From: Candidatus Adlerbacteria bacterium GW2011_GWA1_54_10
Lineage (GTDB): Bacteria > Patescibacteriota > Minisyncoccia > Phycocordibacterales > SBAW01
Assembly (NCBI GenBank): GCA_001004665.1
Contig: LCRO01000001.1
Span: 483 to 64,482, forward strand
Reading direction: 5' to 3'
DNA length: 64,000 nt
The position numbers were made by a program, and so were the translations under genes. The notes beneath the pieces are model-generated. The model was not told the origin of the DNA, searched no databases, and saw only the letters and a list, made by a program, of their open reading frames with translations. Shown here piece by piece: positions 47,017 to 55,948 of this stretch (the stretch's first letter is position 1; each line of letters opens with the position of its first letter).

Positions 47017-47985
47017 ATGAAAAATAAAGCATACAAAGCCATTTTTTCCATAGTGGCCGGCGCGGCATTTTTGTTCGCCGCCGCCCCCGCCTTTGCGCAG
47101 TATCAGAACTGGTATCCCTATTATTCTTCATCGTATCAGCCCTCGTACTCATATCAGAATTGGTATCAGTCCAACTGGTACGACCCGTACGCATACGGCG
47201 ATTATTCATACGGATGGAATGACTACTATCAACCGTCCGTTCAATATGACTATTGCTATTACGCGCGCGATTGTTACAACTACGGGACGCTCTCAATCGC
47301 GAATGTAAGCGGTCCAAACTCGCTTACCGTCGGACAACAGGGAACATGGACCGTGCGCGTCAGCGGCTCAAGCGGCTATCTTTCTTATTCGGTTATATGG
47401 GGCGACGAGCAGATAAACCCCTATATGCAATCCGCCAGCGCACAGCAGATGTCTTCTTCCGGAACATTCACCCACACATACCGGCAAGCAGGGACATATT
47501 CGCCGCGCTTTACTGTAACTGACTCTTACGGACAATCGCAGAGCGCGAGCGCTACGGTGACCGTATCAGGCGGCGGGACCATTTGCGGAACGACTTACAG
47601 CTATCCTGTCGGAAATTCTATTTACTGTCCGCTCCCGCCACCTGTATCAGGAAATTTTTCTGCCATCCCGACCTCCGGCGCGGCGCCGCTTGCGGTGATA
47701 TTCGGCATTCAAGGCAGTTTCTCATTCTATACCATTGACTTCGGCGACGGACAAACTACGAATGGCGCTATTTTGGATACCGACTGCTCGGTCGCGGGAC
47801 GCTGCACGAGTACTCACACCTACGCCTCCGCCGGAACCTACACCGCGATACTGTATCAAGGCGGCAAAACGTCAACGCAGCCGGTGCGGACGCTAGGTAC
47901 GGTAACCATAACGGTATCCGGCGGATACGGCGGCGGCTGGTATTGCGGTTACTATCCCTGGCTGTGCTACGGGTGGCAGGAATAA
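47017..47985 (+). CDS. Secreted protein with a Tyr/Trp/Ser-rich low-complexity N-region and two PKD-like domains; hypothetical. Inserted between fusA and tuf.
   Basis: Signal peptide MKNKAYKAIFSIVAGAAFLFAAAPAFA. Then YQNWYPYYSSSYQPSYSYQNWY... Then PKD-like WGDE...HTYRQAGTYSPRFTVTDSYG and IDFGDGQTT...HTYASAGTYTAIL. Confidence 0.7.
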   Translation: MKNKAYKAIFSIVAGAAFLFAAAPAFAQYQNWYPYYSSSYQPSYSYQNWYQSNWYDPYAYGDYSYGWNDYYQPSVQYDYCYYARDCYNYGTLSIANVSGPNSLTVGQQGTWTVRVSGSSGYLSYSVIWGDEQINPYMQSASAQQMSSSGTFTHTYRQAGTYSPRFTVTDSYGQSQSASATVTVSGGGTICGTTYSYPVGNSIYCPLPPPVSGNFSAIPTSGAAPLAVIFGIQGSFSFYTIDFGDGQTTNGAILDTDCSVAGRCTSTHTYASAGTYTAILYQGGKTSTQPVRTLGTVTITVSGGYGGGWYCGYYPWLCYGWQE

Positions 47986-47992
47986 GAATTTG

Positions 47993-48021
47993 CTTGCGGC
48001 TTTTGGCGCTGTTTGCTAATA
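47993..48021 (+). promoter_or_regulatory. Candidate sigma70-type promoter for tuf (TTGCGG-17-TAATAT).
   Basis: Hexamers read directly. 80 nt upstream of the tuf start codon. Confidence 0.3.
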
Positions 48022-48101
48022 TGAGCTTCAATCGCGTATGGGCGTGGTCATGTCGTGTTCGCTGTCATTAATCATTAATTGTAAATCGTAAGTTTATCTA
48101 T

Positions 48102-49295
48102 ATGGCAACATTCGAGAGGGCGAAGCCGCACATAAACGTCGGCACCATAGGACACGTCGACCACGGAAAAACGACGCTCACTGCGTCTATTCTCCACGTA
48201 CTCGACATGGCAAAGGCAGAGGGTTATGGCGCGCGCGTCGAGGGAGTCGAAGGCATTGACAATGCACCCGAGGAAAAGGCTCGCGGAATAACCATCGCTC
48301 TCCACCACAGCGAATATTGGACTCCGGAACGGCACTACGCGCACATCGATGCGCCCGGTCACGCGGACTACATCAAGAATATGATTACCGGCGCGGCCCA
48401 GATGGACGGCGCGGTTTTGGTGGTTGCTGCAACCGACGGCGCAATGCCCCAGACTAAGGAGCACGTTCTCCTTGCTAAACAGGTGGGCGTCCCGAAGATC
48501 ATCGTCTTCCTCAACAAAGTGGACATGGTCGATGACAAAGAGATGGTTGACCTTGTAGAGGCGGAGGTAAAGGAGCTCCTCGCGAAACAGGGTTACGCCG
48601 ATTCGCCGGTCATAAAGGGCTCGGGGCTTAAGGCGCTTGAGGCGAAAGACCTGAACGACGAATGGGCGCAAAAAGTGCTCGAACTCGTCAAAACCATAGA
48701 TACTTACATCCCCACCCCGCAGCGTGACGTCGATAAGCCTTTCCTCATGCCAGTCGAGGACATCTTCTCGATCGAGGGCCGCGGCACCGTGGTTACGGGC
48801 CGCATCGAGCGCGGCAAGGTTAAGGTAGGTGAGGAAATAGAGATAATCGGGCTCCATCCGACGCAGAAGACGACAGTCACCGGCATCGAGATGTTCAACA
48901 AATCCCTCGATGAGGGACTTGCCGGCGACAACGCGGGCATTCTCCTGCGCGGCACAAAAAAAGAAGACGTCCACCGCGGGCAGGTGCTAGCCAAGCCCGG
49001 CTCCGTAACACCGCATAGCGAGTTCGAGGGCGAGGTATACGTCCTTAATAAGGATGAGGGCGGCCGACACACGCCTTTTTTCTCCGGTTACAAGCCCCAG
49101 TTCTACGTGCGCACGACAGATGTCACCGGCGAGGTAACTCTCCCTTCGGGAGTCGAGATGGTCATGCCGGGCGATACCATAACCTTCAAGGTCAAACTCG
49201 TGGCGCCCGTGGCTCTCGAGGAGCAGACACGCTTTGCGGTCCGCGAGGGCGGCAAGACTGTTGGCGCGGGAGTGGTTACTAAGATAATAGCTTAA
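48102..49295 (+). CDS. tuf: Elongation factor Tu.
   Basis: [24 protein letters not shown] motifs. 397 aa. Confidence 0.97.
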   Translation: MATFERAKPHINVGTIGHVDHGKTTLTASILHVLDMAKAEGYGARVEGVEGIDNAPEEKARGITIALHHSEYWTPERHYAHIDAPGHADYIKNMITGAAQMDGAVLVVAATDGAMPQTKEHVLLAKQVGVPKIIVFLNKVDMVDDKEMVDLVEAEVKELLAKQGYADSPVIKGSGLKALEAKDLNDEWAQKVLELVKTIDTYIPTPQRDVDKPFLMPVEDIFSIEGRGTVVTGRIERGKVKVGEEIEIIGLHPTQKTTVTGIEMFNKSLDEGLAGDNAGILLRGTKKEDVHRGQVLAKPGSVTPHSEFEGEVYVLNKDEGGRHTPFFSGYKPQFYVRTTDVTGEVTLPSGVEMVMPGDTITFKVKLVAPVALEEQTRFAVREGGKTVGAGVVTKIIA

Positions 49296-49669
49296 TGGCG
49301 GCAACAAAAGTTAAAAAAACAACTGTGCCGAAGCGTAGCCGCAAGGTTGCCGCAGAAGTTGCCCCGCAACGCTTGCGCATCAAAGTGCGGGCGTACGAGC
49401 ACAAGGTGCTTGATGCGTCGGTCAAGCAGATACTCGACACCGCATTGCGTTACGATGCAAAAGTCGCGGGTCCGATACCCCTGCCGACGGAAATAAAAAA
49501 ATATACGGTCAACCGTTCAACCTTTATCTACAAAGACGCGCGCGAGCAGTTCGAGATGCGCGTGCACAAGCGCATCATCGACATTCTCGACCCTTCCCCA
49601 AAAGTTATCGAGGCTCTTACCAATCTCTCGCTCCCTTCCGGCGTTACGATAGAAGTTAAGATGTTGTAA
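49295..49669 (+). CDS. rpsJ: 30S ribosomal protein S10.
   Basis: QRLRIKVRAYEHKVLDASVKQILD...GPIPLPT S10 signature. ATG overlaps the tuf stop codon. Confidence 0.92.
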   Translation: MAATKVKKTTVPKRSRKVAAEVAPQRLRIKVRAYEHKVLDASVKQILDTALRYDAKVAGPIPLPTEIKKYTVNRSTFIYKDAREQFEMRVHKRIIDILDPSPKVIEALTNLSLPSGVTIEVKML

Positions 49670-49804
49670 TTCGGTGCGCGTTTTTTTTGCTTGCTTGCTT
49701 GCGCGCCGCGGCCGGCTCGTGTATATTCCTTGTAACGCAGAAATAGCGTTGCCGATGTCCCTCCGGGCCTGCCTGCCGGCAGGCAGGGACCAATGACAAC
49801 TTGT

Positions 49805-50416
49805 ATGAAATTCATTCTTGGAAAAAAGGATAAAATGCTCACCGTATTTACGGAAGACGGGCGCGCGCGAGCGGCGACCGTGGTTATAGCGGAGCCCGCC
49901 GTGGTAACGCAGGTAAAGACGGTTGAGAAAGACGGCTACAGGGCGGCGCAGATAGGCTCCGGTTCTACAAAAGAATCGCGGGTCAATAAGGCCCAGCTCG
50001 GGCACGCCAGAGGCAAGGCCTTGAGGCATTTCCGCGAGATTCGACCTCGCGGAGAGGCGCCGGAAGTCGGCAGTGCCATAGATGTATCTGTTTTTTCTCC
50101 GGGCGACACGGTGGAGATTTCCGCAATATCCAAAGGCAAAGGGTTCCAAGGCGTTGTTAAGCGCCACGGCTTCCACGGAGGTCCGCGTAGTCACGGACAG
50201 AAACACAGCGAGCGGGAGCCCGGAGCCATCGGCGGCTCTGGTGGCCGCGCAGGCGGCAGGGTTGCCAAGGGCATACGCATGGCGGGCCGCATGGGTGCAG
50301 AGCGCGTGACGGTGCGCAATCTGTCGGTCCTGCAGGTACACCCGGAAACGAACGAAATGGTAATCTCCGGCGCGATACCGGGCCGGAGAGGAACGCTTGT
50401 TGAGATAAAAGGTTAA
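49805..50416 (+). CDS. rplC: 50S ribosomal protein L3.
   Basis: MKFILGKK... L3 N-terminus (internal start of ORF 49793..50416). Confidence 0.92.
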   Translation: MKFILGKKDKMLTVFTEDGRARAATVVIAEPAVVTQVKTVEKDGYRAAQIGSGSTKESRVNKAQLGHARGKALRHFREIRPRGEAPEVGSAIDVSVFSPGDTVEISAISKGKGFQGVVKRHGFHGGPRSHGQKHSEREPGAIGGSGGRAGGRVAKGIRMAGRMGAERVTVRNLSVLQVHPETNEMVISGAIPGRRGTLVEIKG

Positions 50417-50421
50417 AAATT

Positions 50422-51057
50422 ATGGAAGCGAAAGTTTACAACATGCAAGGCAAAGAGGCGGGAAAAATCGAGTTGCCCGAGAATATTTTCGGCTTGAAGT
50501 GGAACGCCGATTTGATTCATCAGGTAATTACCTCGATGCAATCCAACGCGCGCGCGGGCACGGCGCACACAAAGGGCCGCGGCGAGGTGCGCGGCGGCGG
50601 GCGTAAGCCCTGGCGCCAAAAGGGTACCGGCCGCGCGAGGCACGGCTCTCGGCGCTCGCCGATATGGCGGGGAGGAGGGGTCGCGCACGGTCCGCGTGCG
50701 GAAAAGGACTATTCCAAAAAAATAAGTCGCTCCATGCGCCGGAAGGCTTTGTTCGTCGCGCTCTCGCGCAAATTCAAGGACGGGGAAATCGTTTTTATGG
50801 ATTCGCTCTCGTTTAAGGTGCCCAAGGCAAAACAGGCTCTCGCGTTTCTTTCCGCGCTCAAAATAAGTAGAAAGAGAAATGCCGCGCTTGTAGCCCTGCC
50901 CGCGGCGCATATGCCGACGGCGCGGAGCTTCAGCAATTTCGGCAATGTTGCGGTAGAGGATGTCCGCAACCTCAATCCGGTCTCCGTATTCTCCAAAAAG
51001 CAGTTGATTATTGCAGACCCCAAAATAGCGATAGATATTTTCTCTAAAAAGATATGA
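50422..51057 (+). CDS. rplD: 50S ribosomal protein L4.
   Basis: L4 signature, 211 aa, correct operon position. Confidence 0.92.
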   Translation: MEAKVYNMQGKEAGKIELPENIFGLKWNADLIHQVITSMQSNARAGTAHTKGRGEVRGGGRKPWRQKGTGRARHGSRRSPIWRGGGVAHGPRAEKDYSKKISRSMRRKALFVALSRKFKDGEIVFMDSLSFKVPKAKQALAFLSALKISRKRNAALVALPAAHMPTARSFSNFGNVAVEDVRNLNPVSVFSKKQLIIADPKIAIDIFSKKI

Positions 51058-51341
51058 TCAAGCATCCGTCAAAAATCCTGCTCTCGCCGCGCGTTACGGA
51101 AAAGGGCGCCCACCTCTCCGAGCGCGACTGCTATGTCTTTAACGTCTCCCCGTTCGCGAACAAGCGCGAGATATCGAATGCGGTACGCGAGATATTCAAA
51201 GTGAAGCCGCGGCTTGTGCGCATCGCCCGAGTGGCGCGCAAAAAAGTGCATGCTCGCGGCAATAAAAAAGGTGGCATGACCGCAGGCGGCAAAAAAGCCT
51301 ACGTATATCTTAAAAAGGGCGACAAAATTGAGATAATTTAA
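51054..51341 (+). CDS. rplW: 50S ribosomal protein L23.
   Basis: 95 aa, L23 pattern, overlaps the rplD stop codon. Confidence 0.9.
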   Translation: MIKHPSKILLSPRVTEKGAHLSERDCYVFNVSPFANKREISNAVREIFKVKPRLVRIARVARKKVHARGNKKGGMTAGGKKAYVYLKKGDKIEII

Positions 51342-51377
51342 CCATTCGACAAGCTCAGGGTAATTTTAAGAAAAATT
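51342..51377 (+). repeat. Conserved intercistronic motif copy (ccattcgacaagctcagggtaattttaagaaaaattATG) upstream of rplB.
   Basis: Shares ttcgacaagctcaggRtaaatt with the other copies. Confidence 0.7.
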
Positions 51378-52220
51378 ATGAAGACCTACAAGCCATACAC
51401 CAAATCGCGCCGGCATTTCTCGACGACGACTTTCAAGGGGAAGCTCACGGCACAGGAACCCTATAAGCCGCTCACAGCCGGCCGCAAACGCCATGTAGGC
51501 CGAAGCAACGGTCGCATAAGCGTCCGCCACAAGGGCGGCGGGCACAAGCGCCTTTTCCGCGACATTGATTTTTCGTACCAGAAGCGCGTGCCCGCGCGGG
51601 TAGAAACGGTGGAATATGACCCGAACCGCTCCGGATTCATCGGCCTGCTCCTTTATCGCGACGGAGAGAGACGCTATGCTCTTCTACCGCAGTCGGTAAA
51701 AGCTGGGGACGCTATAGAAACCACGGAGTCCGCGCCCGTATCACCAGGCAACCGCCTGCCGCTCAAGGGCATACCGATAGGCGCGTTCGTCTACAACGTG
51801 GAGCTCAAGCCGGGGCAGGGCGGCAAGATGGGCCGAGCCGCGGGCGCCAACATCGAGGTCCTCGCTCGCGACGTAGGATATGTGGATCTTAAAATGCCAA
51901 GCTCGGAGGTCAGGAAAGTCCTTGAAACATGCTGGGCGACAGTAGGACAGGTAAGCAATGAGGAGCATCATTTGGTGAAAATCGGCAAGGCGGGGCGCTC
52001 GCGCTGGATGGGGGTGCGCCCCACGGTGCGCGGCAGCGCGATGAATCCGGTGGACCATCCATACGGCGGCGGCGAGGGAAGAAGCGGTCGCGGATTGCGT
52101 CGCGCCAAAACCCTTTGGGGCAAGCCCGCCGGCAAGGGACAGAAGACAAGGCGCCCGAAGAAATATTCCAATTATCTGATAGTTTCCCGCCGCAAGGTCG
52201 GCAAGCGCAAGAAGTCGTAA
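51378..52220 (+). CDS. rplB: 50S ribosomal protein L2.
   Basis: 280 aa with [18 protein letters not shown] and [21 protein letters not shown]2 signatures. Confidence 0.95.
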   Translation: MKTYKPYTKSRRHFSTTTFKGKLTAQEPYKPLTAGRKRHVGRSNGRISVRHKGGGHKRLFRDIDFSYQKRVPARVETVEYDPNRSGFIGLLLYRDGERRYALLPQSVKAGDAIETTESAPVSPGNRLPLKGIPIGAFVYNVELKPGQGGKMGRAAGANIEVLARDVGYVDLKMPSSEVRKVLETCWATVGQVSNEEHHLVKIGKAGRSRWMGVRPTVRGSAMNPVDHPYGGGEGRSGRGLRRAKTLWGKPAGKGQKTRRPKKYSNYLIVSRRKVGKRKKS

Positions 52221-52288
52221 AGGCTTGCCTGAAGCGGGTATTTTTAGTACTATCTTTGAATCCCGCTCCGCGGGATTTATTTAAGGAT

Positions 52289-52633
52289 ATGTCACGATCG
52301 CTAAGCAAAGGCCCATATGTAGACGGGAAACTCCTCAAAAAAGTGGGGGGCAAAAAGCCGGACGATGCCGGCGTAATTAAGACGTGGGCGCGGCGCTCGA
52401 TGATACCACCCGAGTTCGTGGGCTTTAAATTCGGCGTATACAACGGCAGGCAGCATATCGAGGTATTGGTTACCGAGGACATGGTCGGACACAGGCTCGG
52501 CGAATTTTCTCCAACGAAGAAGTTCCTCCGCCATGGCGGCAAGATACAGAAGGAGCTTGAGCAAAAGCAAAAGGAGGCGGAGATAGCGGCCGCGCAGGCG
52601 GCCAAGACGGCCTCCGATGCGGCAAAGAAATAA
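52289..52633 (+). CDS. rpsS: 30S ribosomal protein S19.
   Basis: [19 protein letters not shown] ... [17 protein letters not shown]. Start at the internal Met of ORF 52115..52633; Lys/Ala-rich C-terminal tail. Confidence 0.92.
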   Translation: MSRSLSKGPYVDGKLLKKVGGKKPDDAGVIKTWARRSMIPPEFVGFKFGVYNGRQHIEVLVTEDMVGHRLGEFSPTKKFLRHGGKIQKELEQKQKEAEIAAAQAAKTASDAAKK

Positions 52634-52668
52634 TACTCCGACTTTGCTCAGGATAAATTAAGAAATTT
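52634..52668 (+). repeat. Conserved intercistronic motif copy, diverged (tactccgactttgctcaggataaattaagaaatttATG), upstream of rplV.
   Basis: The 3' half gctcaggataaattaagaaatttatg is identical to the rpsG copy. Confidence 0.6.
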
Positions 52669-53028
52669 ATGCAAGCCTCAACCGCAAAACTAAAGAACTA
52701 CAGACAGGCGCCACGCAAAGTGCGCCTTATCGCCGATACGGTCCGCGGCAAGCGCGCGGACCGCGCGCTAGGCCTCCTCTCGTTGCTCCCCAAGCGCGGC
52801 GCAGAGTCCATGGCAAAACTAATACGCTCCGCGGTGGCGAATGCAAACATGCCTGCAAGCGATCTTTATATTTCGAAGATAGAAGTAGGCGGAGGAGTGG
52901 TCTTCAAACGTCTTATGCCCCGAGCGCGTGGCCGTGGCAGCCAGATAAGAAAAAAGGCTTCTCACATCACGCTTTCGCTTTCAAAAAAATCGGACCCGAA
53001 ATCACAAAAACATGAGCAAGGTAGTTAA
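52669..53028 (+). CDS. rplV: 50S ribosomal protein L22.
   Basis: 119 aa L22 signature in the expected position. Confidence 0.9.
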   Translation: MQASTAKLKNYRQAPRKVRLIADTVRGKRADRALGLLSLLPKRGAESMAKLIRSAVANANMPASDLYISKIEVGGGVVFKRLMPRARGRGSQIRKKASHITLSLSKKSDPKSQKHEQGS

Positions 53029-53683
53029 TCCATTTTCGCATCGTCTCGGTATTCTTCGCGACTGGCGGCATCGCTGGTTTGCCACTGGAAGGGGATACCA
53101 AGACAACCTAAAGGCGGACATCCTTCTGCGCGAATTTTTGCAGAAGGAGCTGCGCGGGATGTATATCGGCGGTATCGAATTGGAGCGCAGCCGCGGCGCT
53201 TTGCGCGTCATCATCAAGACTAGCCGGCCTGGCCTGATAATCGGACGCTCCGGCGAGGGTTCGATGAAGCTCAAAAATTCCATCATGCGATTTTTGCAGA
53301 AGCGCGGCCTCAATGTGCCGGAGCTTCGGCTCGATGTGGAGGAGATACGCTCGCCCGAGAGCAGCGCGGCAATAGTGGCGTACATGGTCGCGGAGGGTCT
53401 TGAGAAGCGCCTTCCTTTTCGCAGGGTGCTCAAACAGACTGTGGAAAAGGTAATGGCGAATCGCGATGTCAAAGGCGTGCGCGTCGGCATATCCGGAATG
53501 CTGGGCGGCGGCAGTATGTCGCGCACCGAGCATCTTAAAAAGGGGCGTATACCACTGCAGACCCTTCGCGCCGACGTCGACTACGCGCGCGAGCGCGCGA
53601 ACTTGCCGCTCGGCGTCATAGGCATCAAGGTTTGGATATACAAAGGCGACGTGTTCGCCGATAAGGGCAAGGGCTCCAAATAA
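53012..53683 (+). CDS. rpsC: 30S ribosomal protein S3.
   Basis: KH domain and S3 C-terminal domain. 223 aa. Confidence 0.92.
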   Translation: MSKVVNPFSHRLGILRDWRHRWFATGRGYQDNLKADILLREFLQKELRGMYIGGIELERSRGALRVIIKTSRPGLIIGRSGEGSMKLKNSIMRFLQKRGLNVPELRLDVEEIRSPESSAAIVAYMVAEGLEKRLPFRRVLKQTVEKVMANRDVKGVRVGISGMLGGGSMSRTEHLKKGRIPLQTLRADVDYARERANLPLGVIGIKVWIYKGDVFADKGKGSK

Positions 53684-53687
53684 AAAC

Positions 53688-54107
53688 ATGCTATTCCCGA
53701 AAAAAGTAAAATTCCGCAAATGGCACACAATGCGCCGCAACCCCAAAAAGGCAAAGGTCGCTACGCGTGGCGTTGCTGTTTCCTTCGGCAGTCACGGTCT
53801 TAAGGCGATTACCCACGCGCGCGTGCGCGCGCGCCAGATAGAGAGCGCGCGCAAGGTCATAGCGCGCAATTTGGGAAAGACAGGCAAGCAATGGGTGCGC
53901 ATCTTCCCCGATCATCCCTACACGCAGAAGCCTCCGGAGGTAAAGCTGGGCAAGGGCAAGGGCGACCCTGTAGGCTACGAGGTCGAGATATGGCCGGGGC
54001 GGATACTGTTTGAGGTTGATGGCGTGCCAGATGGGCAAGCGATCGAGACCCTGATAAAGGCCGGCAAGAAGCTCCCGCTTAAGGTTGCCGTGGTATCAAG
54101 GCGTTGA
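53688..54107 (+). CDS. rplP: 50S ribosomal protein L16.
   Basis: 139 aa L16 signature. Confidence 0.92.
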   Translation: MLFPKKVKFRKWHTMRRNPKKAKVATRGVAVSFGSHGLKAITHARVRARQIESARKVIARNLGKTGKQWVRIFPDHPYTQKPPEVKLGKGKGDPVGYEVEIWPGRILFEVDGVPDGQAIETLIKAGKKLPLKVAVVSRR

Positions 54108-54108
54108 T

Positions 54109-54309
54109 ATGAAAAAACTCGACCTTACAAAGCACACGCAGGAAGACCTGAATAAGCTCGTCGCGCAAAAACGCGAGGAATTGCGGGCCTTGCGTTTTGC
54201 CGTAGCCGGCAGTAAAAATCGCAATGTCAAACTGGCGCGCGTCTTGCGCAAGGAAATAGCGCGGGCGCTGACAAGGTTAAGCCTTAACGCCAGGACTCCC
54301 AAGGTTTAA
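54109..54309 (+). CDS. rpmC: 50S ribosomal protein L29.
   Basis: MKKLDLTKHTQEDLNKLVAQKREELRALRF. Start at the internal Met of ORF 54085..54309. Confidence 0.85.
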   Translation: MKKLDLTKHTQEDLNKLVAQKREELRALRFAVAGSKNRNVKLARVLRKEIARALTRLSLNARTPKV

Positions 54310-54321
54310 CCTTTAACTCAC

Positions 54322-54561
54322 ATGGAAACTAAACTAAAAGAATTTAAGGGCGTTGTCGTGTCGGATAAAATGCAGAGCACCGCTGTGGTCGCCGTCTCGC
54401 GCTATGTCAAGCACCCTAAGTACAAAAAATACATGAAGAAAACCACTCGCCTTATGGCGCACAATGCGGGTGGCCGCGCCAAAGTGGGGGACAAAGTTAC
54501 CGTACGCTCCTGCCGCCCGCTGTCCAAAACCAAGCACTTCGAGATAGTGTTCGAGCAGTAA
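54322..54561 (+). CDS. rpsQ: 30S ribosomal protein S17.
   Basis: 79 aa S17 signature. Confidence 0.9.
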   Translation: METKLKEFKGVVVSDKMQSTAVVAVSRYVKHPKYKKYMKKTTRLMAHNAGGRAKVGDKVTVRSCRPLSKTKHFEIVFEQ

Positions 54562-54567
54562 ACATTT

Positions 54568-54948
54568 ATGATACAAGACCGATCTCTCGTGAATATTACC
54601 GACAACTCCGGCGCCAAGATAGGACGCATTTTCAAAATACCCGGTTCGTCTAAAAAACGGTATGCGGAAATAGGCGAGGTCGTCATCCTATCGGTGCAGA
54701 CCGCGGAGCCGCGCAAGCAGATAAAAAAGAAGGACATTCTGCGCGCTGTAGTGGTGCGACAACGCAAGCCCTTCCGCCGCCGCGACGGCTCCTATGTTCG
54801 ATTTGATGACAATGCGGTCGTCATAATCGAGGGCGCCGGCAAGAATCCCAAAGAGCCGCGCGCAGGGCGCATCTTCGGACCCATACCGCGCGAATTGCAG
54901 GAACTCGGATACCAGACGATTATTTCCCGCGCCCCCGAGGTTGTTTAA
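54568..54948 (+). CDS. rplN: 50S ribosomal protein L14.
   Basis: MIQDRSLVNITDNSGAK L14 N-terminus. 126 aa. Confidence 0.93.
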   Translation: MIQDRSLVNITDNSGAKIGRIFKIPGSSKKRYAEIGEVVILSVQTAEPRKQIKKKDILRAVVVRQRKPFRRRDGSYVRFDDNAVVIIEGAGKNPKEPRAGRIFGPIPRELQELGYQTIISRAPEVV

Positions 54949-54988
54949 CCATTCGACAAGCTCAGGGTAAATTTTCAGGAAAAAACTT
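54949..54988 (+). repeat. Conserved intercistronic motif copy (ccattcgacaagctcagggtaaattttcaggaaaaaacttATG) upstream of rplX.
   Basis: The 5' 25 nt are identical to the rplB copy. Confidence 0.7.
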
Positions 54989-55219
54989 ATGAACATGAAA
55001 TTACACGTAAAGAAAGGCGATACGGTTACAGTGATAACCGGCAACGACAAAGGCAAGAGCGGCAAAATTCTCCGTGTGTTTCCGAAGGACAATCTTGTGC
55101 TTGTCGAGGGTGTCGGCATGCGCAAGAAGCATGCAAAGCCGCGACGTGCTGGACAGCGGGGGCAGATTGTAGAAGTACATCATCCCATACAAGCGTCCAA
55201 CGTTAAGGCAAAAAAATAA
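54989..55219 (+). CDS. rplX: 50S ribosomal protein L24.
   Basis: KVKKGDTVTVITGNDKGKSGKIL KOW motif. 76 aa. Confidence 0.9.
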   Translation: MNMKLHVKKGDTVTVITGNDKGKSGKILRVFPKDNLVLVEGVGMRKKHAKPRRAGQRGQIVEVHHPIQASNVKAKK

Positions 55220-55222
55220 AAA

Positions 55223-55774
55223 ATGGAACTGATACAGCAAAAGCAAAAAAAGGCATTCGAAGCGCTCAAGAAGGGGTTTGAGTGGAAAAATGCCATGCAA
55301 ACGCCACGCATAGAAAGGGTAGTGGTTTCCGCGGGCATCGGCAAGTTTATGAAGGATAAGAAAAAAACGGAACTCATCGCCGACCGTCTGGCAAAGATAA
55401 CTGGACAAAAGGCGGTGCCTCGGGGCGCCAAAAAGTCCATAGCGAGCTATAAGACCCGCACCGGCGACACGGTAGGCTATCAGATAACTCTGCGCGGCAA
55501 AAGGATGCAGGACTTTCTTAACAGGCTTATCCATATAGCCTTGCCGCGCACCAAGGATTTCAAGGGCTTGCGATCCGCCGGCATAGACGAGATGGGCAAT
55601 TACACGCTCGGCATGCGCGAGCATGCCGTCTTCCCCGAGACCTCCGACGAGGAGCTGAAGGACGTCTTCGGCATCGGCGTAACGGTCGTAACTTCCGCCA
55701 AGGACAAAAAAATCGCCAAGGCCTACCTCCAACACCTCGGCTTCCCGTTCAAGAAGGACGTTTCGCAAAAATAA
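55223..55774 (+). CDS. rplE: 50S ribosomal protein L5 (last ribosomal gene in the window; rpsN/rpsH/rplF are not found downstream).
   Basis: 183 aa L5 signature. Confidence 0.92.
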   Translation: MELIQQKQKKAFEALKKGFEWKNAMQTPRIERVVVSAGIGKFMKDKKKTELIADRLAKITGQKAVPRGAKKSIASYKTRTGDTVGYQITLRGKRMQDFLNRLIHIALPRTKDFKGLRSAGIDEMGNYTLGMREHAVFPETSDEELKDVFGIGVTVVTSAKDKKIAKAYLQHLGFPFKKDVSQK

Positions 55775-55948
55775 CGTTATATATTGGCCTACAAGGATAT
55801 TTCCTTGGTCGGTCTCAAAACTTCATAATTGTTCCTGAGACGTTAAGTCTTGCCTATCGAGACGTAACCACTGGGGTACCATCGGAGGAAACTAATTCCA
55901 TATTTTGGGCTCACTCTCTGTTGATAGGCAGATGCCTTTCCTTAATTC

